DNA of 63,170 nucleotides, filler included, from Anaerolineae bacterium (GTDB lineage Bacteria > Chloroflexota > Anaerolineae > Epilineales > Epilineaceae), in the NCBI GenBank assembly GCA_029262755.1. It is 6 parts of 6 records of this genome, joined end to end, with 100 filler letters (N's around TTAATTAATTAA, not from the genome) between each part and the next. Parts side by side here need not be neighbours in the genome. Positions count along the whole stretch, not along the records: positions 1 to 12,103 come from JAJCYU010000402.1; 5 more parts are not named here. One strand, written 5' to 3'. The position numbers were made by a program, and so were the translations under genes. The notes under the pieces were generated by a model. It made no database searches, had not been told where the DNA came from, and saw nothing but the letters and a program-made list of their open reading frames with translations. Numbering within the stretch: position 1 is the first letter of the stretch; the number at the start of each line of letters is the position of its first letter. Of the stretch, positions 1-10,489 are shown one piece after another.

Positions 1-201
1 CGGCTCCGCGCGGGCGACCACGTGTTGCTCGATGCGCACAACGTGGAGCCGACAACCTACTTCGGGTCCCTACCGCTCTCGCTCGCGGGTCGCATCCTCG
101 AGCTCGACTATCAGCCACGCGGCGGCGTTCACGACGTAGAGCTCAGCTGGACAGGCGAATCCGACTGGCACGAGGTGAACCTGCCGTACGTCGTTCGCTA
201 G
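1..201 (+). CDS. 3' end of a protein (5'-truncated at window edge) ending in the xLP-type C-terminal motif
   Basis: Frame 1 is open from base 1: RLRAGDHVLLDAH...SDWHEVNLPYVVR, stop TAG 199-201; GC-biased codon usage. Confidence 0.65.
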   Translation, partial: RLRAGDHVLLDAHNVEPTTYFGSLPLSLAGRILELDYQPRGGVHDVELSWTGESDWHEVNLPYVVR

Positions 202-292
202 ACCGTGAGACGGCCCGCACGCGTCGCGGATCTCATCGAAGCGTTCCGCGAGCCTTTAGCTCGCGAGCCGTGCGGTCGGCAGGAGGACGCCC

Positions 293-2107
293 TCAGCCCC
301 TCTTCGATGCGACGAGCCGCCAGCGAACACCGCCCTTCCGCTCCACAACGCCCTTGAGCTCGAGCATCCCCAGCGCACGCGTGACATCCGCGGCGGGGAG
401 ACCGGTCACCCGCCCCAACTCATCCGTGGTGAGGGAGCGAGGATCTGCCTCCGGCTGCGTGCCGGGCTGCGTGTCCGCCGGTGAAAGCATTGGCGCGGAA
501 CTCGCGGGGTTCTCGGGTTGCAACGCGTCGCCATTGGTCGATGATGTCGCGTGGACCGGGCGCACCCCATGCCGGCTCGCGATTGCCGCGTGCACGCGGT
601 CGACGGCGTCCTCGCTCGCCTCCGCGTGAAGCGCGCGTGTCGCTTGATCCGCGTGGACTGTACGATCGACGCCGCTCGTGATGCGAGCACGATCCGAGGG
701 ATCAACGTGATCCGTGCGATCCGCGGGATCGACGGAACCGGCCCCCCCGATGTCGACGGGACTCACGTCGTCGATGGGGCCCGTGTTGTCGATAAGACCC
801 CCGTCGGCTTCGACGAGACCCCCGATGTCGACGGGCCCCACGTCGTCGACGGGACCCGTGTTGTCCACGAAACCCACACCGTCGACGGTGCCCGCCCCGT
901 CAACGGAATCCGCGTCGGCTACGACGGCACTGGAAGGCGCACCGTCAGGCCCTCCCGTTTCGGTCGGCCCGCCCATGCTCTTGCTCTCGGAATCGCTCTC
1001 GCTATCGCTGATGGCATGTGTATCGGTATCGTCGCCCGGTAGTCGCGACTGTTGGGGCCGCTCGGCGCCTGCGTCTGCTCCCACTTCACGGGACGGTGCA
1101 ACCTCGCCTCCACCATCCTGCTCTTTCGAGCCACCCAGCGCCTCCAGCACCGCCTGCTCGATGGCGTCCGCGGGCCAGCCTGCGCGTACCGCGGCGCTGG
1201 CGAGACGGCGCTCGAGCGCGAGGGCCTCGACGATGTCGCGTGCGTGACGCGCGACGCCGGCGCCCTCGGCGAGCAGGCGGTTGCTGCCGATCGAGGTGGG
1301 GCGATCGATGCGGCCGGGCACGGCGAAGACCTCGCGGCCTTGGTCCGCCGCTAGGCCCGCGGTGATGCGCGCTCCGCTGCGCGCGCCGGCCTCGACGACG
1401 ACCGTTGCGAGGCTGAGGCCGCTCACAATCCTATTGCGTGCCGGGAAGTTGCCGCGGATGGGGGGCATGCCGGGCGGGTACTCGCTCAAGACGGCGCCGC
1501 CCTCGGCGATGATGCGGTCCATCAGCGCTGCGTTGGTGCTCGGATAGCAGGCGGCGATTCCACAACCCAGCACGGCGATCGTTCGCCCGCCAACGTCCAG
1601 CGCTGCCTCGTGGGCGGCGGCATCGATGCCGCTGGCCAGACCGCTCGCGATGGCCAGGCCGGCATCCACGAGGCCTTCGACGATGCGCCACGTGGCCTGC
1701 TTGCCGTAGTCGGTCGCGCGCCGCGTGCCGACCACCGCGACCGCGGGCTCGGCAAGCGCGGTCACGTCGCCGCGCAAGAAGAGTAGGTCGGGCGGCCAGG
1801 CGATCTCCGCCAGCAGGGCTGGGTATTCGCGATCGCCCGCTAGCACGAGTACCGCGCCACAGGCCATTAGATCCGCGGCCAGACGCGCGACGTCCACGCT
1901 CGGCCGCTGGGTGGCGATCCGGTTCGCGCGCTTCGGCCCTACGGCAGAGCAGAGCGCGTTCTCGTCGGCGCGCCAGGCGGTGCCGAGGTCTCCGAAGCGG
2001 GCGCGGAGTCGGGCGAGGCGCGCCGGCCCGACCCCTTCGATCGCGCCGAAGGCAACACGGTGCCAAAGGGCGCTTGCCGGTTGGATGGATTGGGGATCGA
2101 CGGGCAT
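293..2107 (-). CDS. dprA: DNA-processing protein DprA with a ~230-aa low-complexity insertion
   Basis: AVVGTRRAT, SGLASGIDAAAH, FPARNRIVSGLS, VVVEAGARSGARITA, GREVFAVPG motifs; C-terminal winged helix (LTTDELG...LGMLELKGVV). Confidence 0.95.
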   Translation of the reverse strand: MPVDPQSIQPASALWHRVAFGAIEGVGPARLARLRARFGDLGTAWRADENALCSAVGPKRANRIATQRPSVDVARLAADLMACGAVLVLAGDREYPALLAEIAWPPDLLFLRGDVTALAEPAVAVVGTRRATDYGKQATWRIVEGLVDAGLAIASGLASGIDAAAHEAALDVGGRTIAVLGCGIAACYPSTNAALMDRIIAEGGAVLSEYPPGMPPIRGNFPARNRIVSGLSLATVVVEAGARSGARITAGLAADQGREVFAVPGRIDRPTSIGSNRLLAEGAGVARHARDIVEALALERRLASAAVRAGWPADAIEQAVLEALGGSKEQDGGGEVAPSREVGADAGAERPQQSRLPGDDTDTHAISDSESDSESKSMGGPTETGGPDGAPSSAVVADADSVDGAGTVDGVGFVDNTGPVDDVGPVDIGGLVEADGGLIDNTGPIDDVSPVDIGGAGSVDPADRTDHVDPSDRARITSGVDRTVHADQATRALHAEASEDAVDRVHAAIASRHGVRPVHATSSTNGDALQPENPASSAPMLSPADTQPGTQPEADPRSLTTDELGRVTGLPAADVTRALGMLELKGVVERKGGVRWRLVASKRG

Positions 2108-2277
2108 GGCGACGGCCTCGGCGGGACAATTCGTCGCCTAGCATGCCAAGGAACTCAGCCTCCGTGGGAGGGAGTGGGCGCCACGATCGCGACAACGATG
2201 CGACAGCCAACGGAGTCCGAATTCGAAGATCGTCTCGGACGACCGATGCGCTGCGCCAGCCCCGCGACCGCCCTACC

Positions 2278-3129
2278 TCAGCTCTGCGGCGTCTCGTTCG
2301 GTAGCCGTTCGACGACCAGCCAATGGCTCAAGCCGAAGACGCGTAGCGGCGAGCGTTCGGCGGCATAGAGCGCGGCGCGCAGCGCGCGGGCGAGGGCGGG
2401 GCGGCGGGTGGCGAGCTTGTCGAATCCGGGGAAGATCCGGGTGTGGAGCACGACGGTGCCCGGCAACTCGTCAAAGAGCGCGCGCAGGCCGTGGCCGGTG
2501 TAGACGCGCACGTGGGGCGCGAGTCGATTGCGTACTGCGTCGGGCAACCAGTTGACGAGAGGCTTGTTGCCGAAGTGGTAGCGGCCGCGCCACCAGATGC
2601 CGTGCGTTTCGAAGGGCCACCAGCGGTTCGGCACGAAGATCAAGAGCCGCCCACCGGGGCGCAGGGCGCGCAGCGACTCGGAGACCGTCGCTTGGTCGTC
2701 CGCGACGTGCTCCAGCACCTCGTGCAGCAGGACTACGTCCAACGAGGCGTCGGCCGCGGGTAACTGCTCGCCGACGGCTGCGACGATGTCAAGACCGCGT
2801 TCTCTCGCCTCGACTGCGCGCGGTAGCTCGATCTCCAGACCGATCGCCCGTGCGCCCGCTTCGGCCATGCGCGCCGTGTACATGCCCACGCCGCAGCCTA
2901 GGTCTAGGGCGTCCGCCCCAACGAGATCCACGTGCTCCTGGATCATCGCGAAGCGGCGGTCCTGGCCGAAGCGCCAAACGAGGCTTGGTAGGCCGCGGCT
3001 CGCAGCCGTGTCGCTTTCGTGCGGCGACGATACCGCCTGGACGGCAGCGGACGATCCAGACGATCCGGACGAATCGGTCAGAGGATCCGAGCTGCCGGGA
3101 CGGGGGTCCATCGGGAGAGTGGGGCTCAT
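2278..3129 (-). CDS. Class I SAM-dependent methyltransferase
   Basis: ALDLGCGVG motif I; HEVLEHVADD; RALRPGGRLLIFVPN; start uncertain. Confidence 0.9.
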   Translation of the reverse strand: MSPTLPMDPRPGSSDPLTDSSGSSGSSAAVQAVSSPHESDTAASRGLPSLVWRFGQDRRFAMIQEHVDLVGADALDLGCGVGMYTARMAEAGARAIGLEIELPRAVEARERGLDIVAAVGEQLPAADASLDVVLLHEVLEHVADDQATVSESLRALRPGGRLLIFVPNRWWPFETHGIWWRGRYHFGNKPLVNWLPDAVRNRLAPHVRVYTGHGLRALFDELPGTVVLHTRIFPGFDKLATRRPALARALRAALYAAERSPLRVFGLSHWLVVERLPNETPQS

Positions 3130-3395
3130 GGCGGCGAAGTCTAGCGGGCAACGTTAGGCCTGCAAGGATGCCGTGCGGTTGCGGTCGATCGAGCGCTGCT
3201 TGCCGGCGGCGCGGCGCGCGTTGTCGGCAACGCATGCAGGACCGTAGAATGACGCGGCTCGCGAACAACCCATCTCCCTTCGTAACGCCCGAGACGCGAG
3301 ACTAGACAACAACCCGGCGTCGTCATCGAAGCGCGCCTAGCGTCCGCCGCCTACGAGGTCGGACAAGCCATTAGCCTCCGGAGATCGGTACGACC

Positions 3396-4433
3396 ATGAG
3401 CGACAACGGAACGAGCGAAGAGCAGACCCCCATCCGTGACGTGATCGTCATCGGCAGCGGGCCGGCGGGCATGAGCGCGGCCTTGTACGCCGCCCGCGCG
3501 AATCTCGACACCCTCGTCATCGTCGGCCCGCAGCTGGGCGGGCAGGTGGCGATCACGTGGGAGCTGGACAACTACCTCGGGTTCTACGAGGACCTCACGG
3601 GGCCGGAATTCGTCGAGCACATGAGCAAGCACGTTCAGAAGTTCGGCGCGGAGCTGCTCTACGACATGGTCACCGGCATCGAGTTCGACACAGCCCCCGA
3701 AGGCGGGGTGCATTCCGTCACCTGCTACGGCGGAACCTACCGGGCACGCAGCGTGATCGTCTCGGCCGGCGCGTCGTCGCGCAAGTTGGGCGTGCCCGGT
3801 GAGGAGGAACTGACGGGCAAGGGCGTCAGCTACTGCGCCACGTGCGACGGCGCCTTCTTCAAGGAGCACGACGTCATCGTGGTGGGCGGTGGCGACAGCG
3901 CCATGGAAGAGGCCTTGTTCCTAACGCGCTTCGCCAAGTCCGTGAAAGTCGTGCACCGCCGCGAAGAGCTGCGCGCCGGGCCCTTGCTCCAAGAGCGAGC
4001 CTTCTCCAACGAGAAGATCGAGTTCATCTGGAATACGGTGATCGACAAGATCGGCGGCGAAGGCAAGGTCGATCACGTCCTCACGAGCCGTACCGATCGC
4101 GAAGAGACCGGGCGCCTCGATGTCACGGGCGTGTTTATCTTCATCGGCCACTTCCCCAACAGCGATCTGTTCCAGGGTGTGCTCGAGATGGACGAGCACA
4201 ACTACGTGATCGTCGACGAGCACATGCGCACAAACGTCCCGGGCGTGTATGCCTGCGGCGAGATCGCCGACCCCGTCTGGCGGCAGGTGGCCACATCCGT
4301 CGGCCAGGGCGCGGCGGCCGGTATCGCGGTGGAGGAGTACCTCTCCGGTCTGGACGCTCCGCGCACGTCGGCGGAGGCCGAGCTTGAGGGCGTTGGTATC
4401 GATGCCACGCCCGAGGACGCACCCGCAGGATGA
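3396..4433 (+). CDS. trxB: Thioredoxin-disulfide reductase
   Basis: GSGPAG FAD motif, GVSYCATCDG redox CxxC, GGGDSAMEEA NADPH motif, TNVPGVYACGE. Confidence 0.97.
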   Translation: MSDNGTSEEQTPIRDVIVIGSGPAGMSAALYAARANLDTLVIVGPQLGGQVAITWELDNYLGFYEDLTGPEFVEHMSKHVQKFGAELLYDMVTGIEFDTAPEGGVHSVTCYGGTYRARSVIVSAGASSRKLGVPGEEELTGKGVSYCATCDGAFFKEHDVIVVGGGDSAMEEALFLTRFAKSVKVVHRREELRAGPLLQERAFSNEKIEFIWNTVIDKIGGEGKVDHVLTSRTDREETGRLDVTGVFIFIGHFPNSDLFQGVLEMDEHNYVIVDEHMRTNVPGVYACGEIADPVWRQVATSVGQGAAAGIAVEEYLSGLDAPRTSAEAELEGVGIDATPEDAPAG

Positions 4434-5164
4434 GCCCGGCCGCCGGACGCCTGGCCCCGGTCGATCTGGAGCCGGGCCGCGCCTCGCCGTGGCGGGCGAC
4501 TGGGCGCTACCTGCTCATCGGGCTTCCGGTGAGCGTCGCGCTCGTCGCGATCGGGGCGATGCTGCCGGCGGGCCCGGCCGGCCCAGGAGCGATCCCGCGG
4601 GCGATGTCCACGGTTGCCTTGATCGCGATCGCCGCTTTCCCGTTCGCGGCCTTCGCGTCCGCGCGCCCGCCCGAGCCGGGCGCGTGGGGCACGTCGTGGC
4701 TGCGTGGTAGCGCGGTCCCGCTCCGGCTCTGGGGCGGCGCGCTGTCGGCCTTCTCGCCGCCGCTCATGCTCTGGCTGCTGCAACGGCCCCTCGTGGGGCG
4801 AATGCTTGAGCGGATGGGCGACTCGCTGGCGGACCGTTCGCTTCTGGCGGTGATCGTCGTGATCGCGCTCGCGCTGCTGTTGCTGGCTGCCAACGGCGTG
4901 CGCTGGCCGTTGACGGTCGTACTCTGGCCGCCGATTCTCGCAGCCGTCCTGACCTCCGCCGGCTGGGTCATGGTGAAAGCGTTGTCGGCGGGCCTGGATG
5001 CGCAGGGTGGGTGGTTCGCGTACGTGACGCTCTTGCTCGTCGCCTCATTCGCGATGGCGGCGCTCGCTGCGCGGCAGCTGCCGCTGGGCCGACCACCGCG
5101 GGATCGGCGGCCACCGCCTCAGGACGTGGATGGCGACGGAGACGGCGGCGGCGAGGCCCGGTAG
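4430..5164 (+). CDS. Multi-pass membrane protein, unknown function
   Basis: ATGA overlap with trxB stop; about six hydrophobic segments. Confidence 0.65.
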   Translation: MSPAAGRLAPVDLEPGRASPWRATGRYLLIGLPVSVALVAIGAMLPAGPAGPGAIPRAMSTVALIAIAAFPFAAFASARPPEPGAWGTSWLRGSAVPLRLWGGALSAFSPPLMLWLLQRPLVGRMLERMGDSLADRSLLAVIVVIALALLLLAANGVRWPLTVVLWPPILAAVLTSAGWVMVKALSAGLDAQGGWFAYVTLLLVASFAMAALAARQLPLGRPPRDRRPPPQDVDGDGDGGGEAR

Positions 5165-5379
5165 GTCCGCGGCGCGGGGTAGCGAGGGGTACGCGCGAAC
5201 TCAAGTCCGTCGCCCGCTCGATCGCCCACCGCGACACGGTCTACGCCATGCAGCGTCACCGGCCAACAGCCGTGGGAGACGCTAGAGCGCGCCGGCGCGA
5301 ATGTCTTCCGTCGGGCAGCGTGCGACCCTTTCAAGCGAGTCCAAGCGAGTCTAAACACAGCCACCACAACCGCCGCAGC

Positions 5380-6054
5380 CTAGGCGCCCCGGATGCCGTC
5401 CAACGCGCGTTCCACCGCCGGCCCCAACTCTGCGTCACGCGTCATCGTGAGACCGAGGTCGCGCAGGCGGCCGTCTTCCAGACCATAGACCACCCCGTGC
5501 ACGGCCAACTGCTGTCCGCGCGCCCATGCGTCCGCGACGACCGTGGTGCGCGCTACGTTGCGCGCTTGCTCGACGACGTTGAGTTCCACGAGGCGGCGCG
5601 CACGCGCGTCTTGATCGGCCAACGGCGCGAGCTCCGCTGCGTGGCGCTCGGCAACGTCGCGGACGTGACCCAGCCAGTTGTCGACCAACCCGTTGTTTCC
5701 GCCGTCCAAGGCCGCGCGCACACCGCCGCAGCCGTAGTGACCGCACACCACGACGTGGCCAACGCGCAGGACGTCCACGGCGTATTGCAGCACGCTGAGT
5801 GCGTTCAGGTCGCTGTGAACCACGACGTTGGCCACGTTGCGGTGCACGAAGATCTCGCCAGGTAAGCGGCCGGAGATCTGGTTGGCGGGTACGCGGCTGT
5901 CGCTGCAGCCGATCCAGAGAAACTCGGGCGTCTGCAGCGAGGCCAGGCGCGCAAAGAGCGTGGGGTCGCTCTCGGCCATACGCGCCGCCCACGCCGCGTT
6001 GCCGTCGAGCAGGGCGTCCAACCCGCGCTGATCGTCACCGATCTCTCGGTTCAC
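5380..6054 (-). CDS. can: Beta-class carbonic anhydrase
   Basis: WIGCSDSRVP, FVHRNVAN, VVCGHYGCGG zinc-ligand motifs. Confidence 0.95.
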   Translation of the reverse strand: MNREIGDDQRGLDALLDGNAAWAARMAESDPTLFARLASLQTPEFLWIGCSDSRVPANQISGRLPGEIFVHRNVANVVVHSDLNALSVLQYAVDVLRVGHVVVCGHYGCGGVRAALDGGNNGLVDNWLGHVRDVAERHAAELAPLADQDARARRLVELNVVEQARNVARTTVVADAWARGQQLAVHGVVYGLEDGRLRDLGLTMTRDAELGPAVERALDGIRGA

Positions 6055-6175
6055 GGTAGCGTTGTCGCGTCGCGCATCGTCTCGGCGTTACTCCGTGCCG
6101 TCCGGTTGGACCCGGACACGGGGTTCAACCGGGTGCGTCCGATCGACATGGCTGTGGTGCCGCAGCTCTCGCCCG

Positions 6176-7246
6176 TCAAGGCGTCGTAGGCGCGGCGTAG
6201 AGATGCTCGCTCGGGAAATACAGCCCGGCAGGAAGCTGCAATCGTGGAGCCTGGTTCGGTCGGCTCATCCCGCCGTCGCGTGCGCTATCGCCCGCCCCAC
6301 CCGCGGCGGATCCCGGCTCGATCGCGCCTTCGCCGCCTTCGCCGCCCTCGCCGCCCGCGATACCGGCCGTCGCTTCGTCGGTTTCGCGGGCCGTTTCCGG
6401 TGGCCGGACCGGCTGTCCCTGCTTGGTCGTGGTGACGTCGGGCCAATCGAAGGTGGCGAGCGTGCGCATGAAGTCGGTGGAGCCGACGCTGCCGTCCGGC
6501 GAGCTCCAGGCGATCCGAACATAGCGGTCGTGCTTGGCCAGGAAGGCCGCGTAGCGCAGCGGGCTCGTAGGGGTCTCTGCCTCGCCGACGACGAGCGCCG
6601 GCAAGCCCGCGATGTAGGCGTTGGTGGGGTGATTGCCGTCCACGGAGCGCATGCCGCCCGCGACGCTCATCACCCAGGCCGGGAAGGCCGCGCGCTCGGC
6701 GGCGTCCCAGACGCTGACCGCGATGCGTTGCTCGCCGCCCGGGCTCTCGAAGATCACGTCGTAGTCCGAGGCGAGGGGGTCCTCGCCCAGGCTCGGTTGG
6801 AGACGGCGCTCGCGCCAGCCCGGCGGCATGTCGAAGAAGAATCCGTTGTCGTCGCGGACGGTGATCAGGTCCAGCGCGTTGTCGACCGGCGCGGGTGCAG
6901 GGACGCGGCGCGCCCCGGCGTCGGCGCCGCCCGGTTCCGGCTCTGCAATCGGTTCCACGCGGTCCTCGACGGGAGCCGGCGCGGGATCCGCACCTGCGCC
7001 CGGCTCGGACGGCCCCGTTGGCGCGTCGGCTACGGGTTCATCGACCTCGTCAGGCGCCGGTTCGGCGTCCCGGCGTTCTTCCACGGGCGAAGGCGGGGGA
7101 ACGGCGTCCTGATCGGCCCCGGCGGGCACCCCGCCCGTGACCAGATCGACGAATAGGATCGTCAACACGGCGAACAGGATGACCCCGACCGTGGTCAGGA
7201 GGGCGGCGTTGCGCAGCCAATCGCGATCGAGCTGGGGAGGGACCAT
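6176..7246 (-). CDS. Membrane-anchored exported protein (Pro/acidic linker, possible PsbP/Mog1-like domain)
   Basis: N-terminal TM helix, P/E/A-rich linker, NGFFFDMPPGW motif; 6 nt downstream of rel. Confidence 0.6.
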   Translation of the reverse strand: MVPPQLDRDWLRNAALLTTVGVILFAVLTILFVDLVTGGVPAGADQDAVPPPSPVEERRDAEPAPDEVDEPVADAPTGPSEPGAGADPAPAPVEDRVEPIAEPEPGGADAGARRVPAPAPVDNALDLITVRDDNGFFFDMPPGWRERRLQPSLGEDPLASDYDVIFESPGGEQRIAVSVWDAAERAAFPAWVMSVAGGMRSVDGNHPTNAYIAGLPALVVGEAETPTSPLRYAAFLAKHDRYVRIAWSSPDGSVGSTDFMRTLATFDWPDVTTTKQGQPVRPPETARETDEATAGIAGGEGGEGGEGAIEPGSAAGGAGDSARDGGMSRPNQAPRLQLPAGLYFPSEHLYAAPTTP

Positions 7247-7252
7247 GAAAAC

Positions 7253-9448
7253 CTATCCTCGGGGGCGTCGGACTTGGATGACGTTCTTTACGTTTTCGAG
7301 CTTGTCGATGAGGTCGACGAGCTGGGTGTGTGAATCGACCTCGACCACGGCCGAGATGATGGCCATCTCGTCTTCGTCGCGCGCAATGGCGCCAAAACCG
7401 GTCATCTGAATGTCGTTGCGGGTGATGACGTCGGTGATGTCTCGCGCAAGCCCGCGGCGATCGATGGCGTAGATATGCAACTCGATGGGTAGCTGTTGGG
7501 CCTTGCGCTCGGGCCACTCTACCTGAATGAAACGGTCGGGCTCGCGCTCTCGTTGCGTGCGAATGTTGCGGCAATTCGTTCGATGCAGCGTCACCCCACG
7601 ACCACGGGTCATGTAGCCTATCACGGCTTCGCCGGGCAGGGGATTGCAGCAGCGCGCGACCCTGGTTTGAATCTGGTCGGCGCCGAAGAGCGTGACGCCG
7701 GCCGTTGCTTTGGGCTGGGTGGTCGGGGCGTCGGGCCGCGGACGACGGCCCGTTCCCTTGGCCTCCTTCGCCGGCGTGTTTGCCGTAGATTCGGCCTCAA
7801 GGAGCTTGGACGTGATCTGCTGCGACCCGATCTCGTGTCGGCCGACGGCCGCCAGAAAGTCGTCCAGCTTCGTGAACTCGAAGAGACGGGCCACGGTGTC
7901 GTGCTTCACCTTGGTCATGCCGAGCTTGCGCAGCTGGCGCTCGAGAATCTCGCGCCCCCCTTTGCTGGCCATGCCGTGCGCCTGACGCCGATACCATTGA
8001 CGAATCTTGGCTTCGGCCCGATGACTCTTGACATAACCTAGCGAAGGATTCGCCCAATCGCGGCTCGGCCCCACGTCGTCGCCTTTGGCCGTCACGATCC
8101 GCACCGTCTGGCCGGTCTCCAGGGGCGTATCGAGCGCGACGAGCTGGCCGTTGACCTCCGCGCCGCGGCAGCGGTGCCCGACTTGCGTGTGGATGTGGTA
8201 GGCGAAGTCGACGGGCGTCGCCCCGGCCGGCAACTCCACCACCTTGCCTGCGGGCGAGAATACATACACCTGGTCCTGGAACATGTCCGTCTTCAGGTGC
8301 TCGACAAAGCTCACGGCGTCGGGCGCGTCCTCATCGTGGTGTTCGAGCGTTCGGCGCAGCTCGCCGATCTGCGACTGCACGGCGCCGGACAAGCGCGCGT
8401 TTTCCTTGTAGAGCCAATGGGCGGCGACCCCGTATTCCGCGATCTCGTTCATCTCGGACGTGCGGATCTGCACTTCGAGCGGGCGTCCGCGTGGTCCGAG
8501 AACCGTCGTGTGGAGCGATTGGTACAGGTTGGGCTTCTTCTTGCCGATGTAGTCGTCGAACTCGCCTTCGATGGGCTGCCACATCGCGTGGACGACGCCG
8601 AGGGCCAAGTAGCAGTCTCCGATCGAGTCGACCAGGACGCGCATGGCGAGCACATCCAGGATCTGATCGGCGTCCAGGTCCTTGCGCACCATCTTTCGAT
8701 AGATCGAGTAGGTGTGCTTGGCCCGGGCCTTGATGGAGGCTTCCAGCCCCGCCTCGCTCAGCGCGTTCTGGAGCGCCGTCATTGCCTTGGCCAGGTAGAC
8801 CTCGTGCTCTTCGCGGCGGTCGGCGAGCACGGTGTGGATCAGCTCAAAGGTTTCGGGCTCCAACTCCGCGAGCGCGAGGTCCTCGAAGGCGCCCTTGAAC
8901 TGCCAGATGCCAAGCCGGTTGGCCAGCGGCGCATAGATATCCATCGTCTCTCGCGCCATGCGCTCACGTTTGGCCGGTGAGAGCGCGCCGAGGGTCTGCA
9001 TGTTGTGCAGGCGGTCGGCCATCTTGATCAGGATCACCCGTAGATCATCGACCGAGGCGAGGAGCAGGCGTCGCAAGCTCTCCGCTTCCGCGGCCGCTTC
9101 GCGCGTCGCGGAGCCATGCTCGGGCAGCTGTCGCGCCTCGATTTCACCGATTTTCGTGACACCGCGGACCAATTTCGCCACGTCCGCGCCGTAGCGCTTG
9201 CGAAGATCCGCATCGGTGATGGGTGTGTCCTCGACGACATCGTGCAGCAACGCCGCGGCGACGGCGTCGGGGTCGAGGCCGAGATCGACGAGGATCTCCG
9301 CCACGCTCACCGGATGCGTGATGTAGGGCTCTCCGGACTTACGGCTTTGGCCGCGATGCGCCTTTTCTGCCATCGCATAGGCGTCGCGGACGCGCGCCAG
9401 CGCATCTTCCGGGAAGCGCTCGGCCAACGTCGCGACGAGCTGGTCCAT
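7253..9448 (-). CDS. rel: Long bifunctional (p)ppGpp synthetase/hydrolase (RelA/SpoT homologue)
   Basis: HRGQSRKSGEPYITHP, LLHDVVED (HD hydrolase), KMADRLHNM, YQSLHT, EVQIRT, TGS (TPVDFAYHIHT), RCCNPLPG, ACT domain; start taken at the MDQL ATG, could be further upstream. Confidence 0.96.
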   Translation of the reverse strand: MDQLVATLAERFPEDALARVRDAYAMAEKAHRGQSRKSGEPYITHPVSVAEILVDLGLDPDAVAAALLHDVVEDTPITDADLRKRYGADVAKLVRGVTKIGEIEARQLPEHGSATREAAAEAESLRRLLLASVDDLRVILIKMADRLHNMQTLGALSPAKRERMARETMDIYAPLANRLGIWQFKGAFEDLALAELEPETFELIHTVLADRREEHEVYLAKAMTALQNALSEAGLEASIKARAKHTYSIYRKMVRKDLDADQILDVLAMRVLVDSIGDCYLALGVVHAMWQPIEGEFDDYIGKKKPNLYQSLHTTVLGPRGRPLEVQIRTSEMNEIAEYGVAAHWLYKENARLSGAVQSQIGELRRTLEHHDEDAPDAVSFVEHLKTDMFQDQVYVFSPAGKVVELPAGATPVDFAYHIHTQVGHRCRGAEVNGQLVALDTPLETGQTVRIVTAKGDDVGPSRDWANPSLGYVKSHRAEAKIRQWYRRQAHGMASKGGREILERQLRKLGMTKVKHDTVARLFEFTKLDDFLAAVGRHEIGSQQITSKLLEAESTANTPAKEAKGTGRRPRPDAPTTQPKATAGVTLFGADQIQTRVARCCNPLPGEAVIGYMTRGRGVTLHRTNCRNIRTQREREPDRFIQVEWPERKAQQLPIELHIYAIDRRGLARDITDVITRNDIQMTGFGAIARDEDEMAIISAVVEVDSHTQLVDLIDKLENVKNVIQVRRPRG

Positions 9449-9870
9449 CCGCTCGACAAGCGTCAGATGGCCGTGCCGATCCGCCGGCGGCAACGTGAGG
9501 CCGTTCGTAAGTTCCGGATTGGCGGGACGGGTCACCGTAGGCAGCGCTCCCACCACGCATTCAGTGCAGGTGCACGTGCCGCGGGGCGTGGTTGGCCGGC
9601 AAGGATACGCGGCGCTCTCGAGGCGCACAAGGAATTCGCTGCTCCCTGCGGCCGGTCAGGCTCCGGTCAGGGCCGCGCCCGCGTAGAGTCGGAGTGAAGT
9701 GGGCGACCCGCCCCCGCGTCGTCAAGTTGCGCGGGTAAGGTGCGCCTACACTCGTTACTAGAGATTCACGGGGGCAAATGTTCCTGGCTCCCCGCGCCGG
9801 ATCCGGCTCGTCCGACCGTGCGCAAACGTCCATCCAGCCGGTGATGGACAACTGTTGACCGGCGCATCCA

Positions 9871-9910
9871 CATCGTCGGCGGCGTGCCTTCGGGCTCGCC
9901 GCCGACGGTG
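9871..9910. terminator. Long GC-rich hairpin with cUUCGg loop between the DUF983-like gene and rel
   Basis: CATCGTCGGCGGCG-tGCC-TTCG-GGCt-CGCCGCCGACGGTG; no clear U-tract. Confidence 0.4.
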
Positions 9911-9976
9911 CATGTTGGCGTCGATTGTGGAGCTGCCCGTCTGACGCGGGCGAGAGACGGGCGAGCGAGTTGAATA

Positions 9977-10489
9977 CTAGGCCTCGCCCGAACTGTCGGC
10001 GTCGTTGGTCCCGGGTCGACGTGCACGCTGCGCGTCGCGCTCCGCGTCGGTTTGCATCTCGCCGCCGCGATGCATTAGCCAGAGCCACCAGGCCTTGGCC
10101 GGCCGGTAGAACGCCAGCGTGACCATGACAAGAAAGGGCAGCAGCGCCCACAGTTCGCGTCCAGGCAGGATGGCGCGGGACCGCAGCACGATCGCCAAGA
10201 CCAACGTGGCGATCAGTGCCGCCGCGTAGACCAGGATCATTCCAGCCAGGAGGCTGGCACCGTCGGGGTCGAAGCGAACCTGGCATTCGGGGCAGACTTC
10301 GGCCACGTGCGTGAAACCGCGAAACAACCGCCCCTGGCCGCAACGGGGACAGCGGCCGCGCAGCGTCGTGCGCAGCATGGACGCGGGGCCGGGGGTGGCA
10401 GGAGTCGAACGCGCATTCGGATTCGAAGCCGCTGGCAACACCAACTCCGCGTCCGAGGCCACGTTAGAGTCGCGGCGGCCGGCAGGCAT
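9977..10489 (-). CDS. DUF983-like protein (N-terminal Zn ribbon plus two TM helices)
   Basis: RCPRCGQGRLF...CPEC, then hydrophobic helices and RPAKA; TGATG overlap with upstream stop. Confidence 0.8.
   Translation of the reverse strand: MPAGRRDSNVASDAELVLPAASNPNARSTPATPGPASMLRTTLRGRCPRCGQGRLFRGFTHVAEVCPECQVRFDPDGASLLAGMILVYAAALIATLVLAIVLRSRAILPGRELWALLPFLVMVTLAFYRPAKAWWLWLMHRGGEMQTDAERDAQRARRPGTNDADSSGEA

Noticed and set aside
700..920. Regularly spaced GTCGAC-containing repeats as a possible CRISPR array
   Set aside because: Degenerate 18-nt coding units inside dprA; no constant repeat with unique spacers and no cas genes
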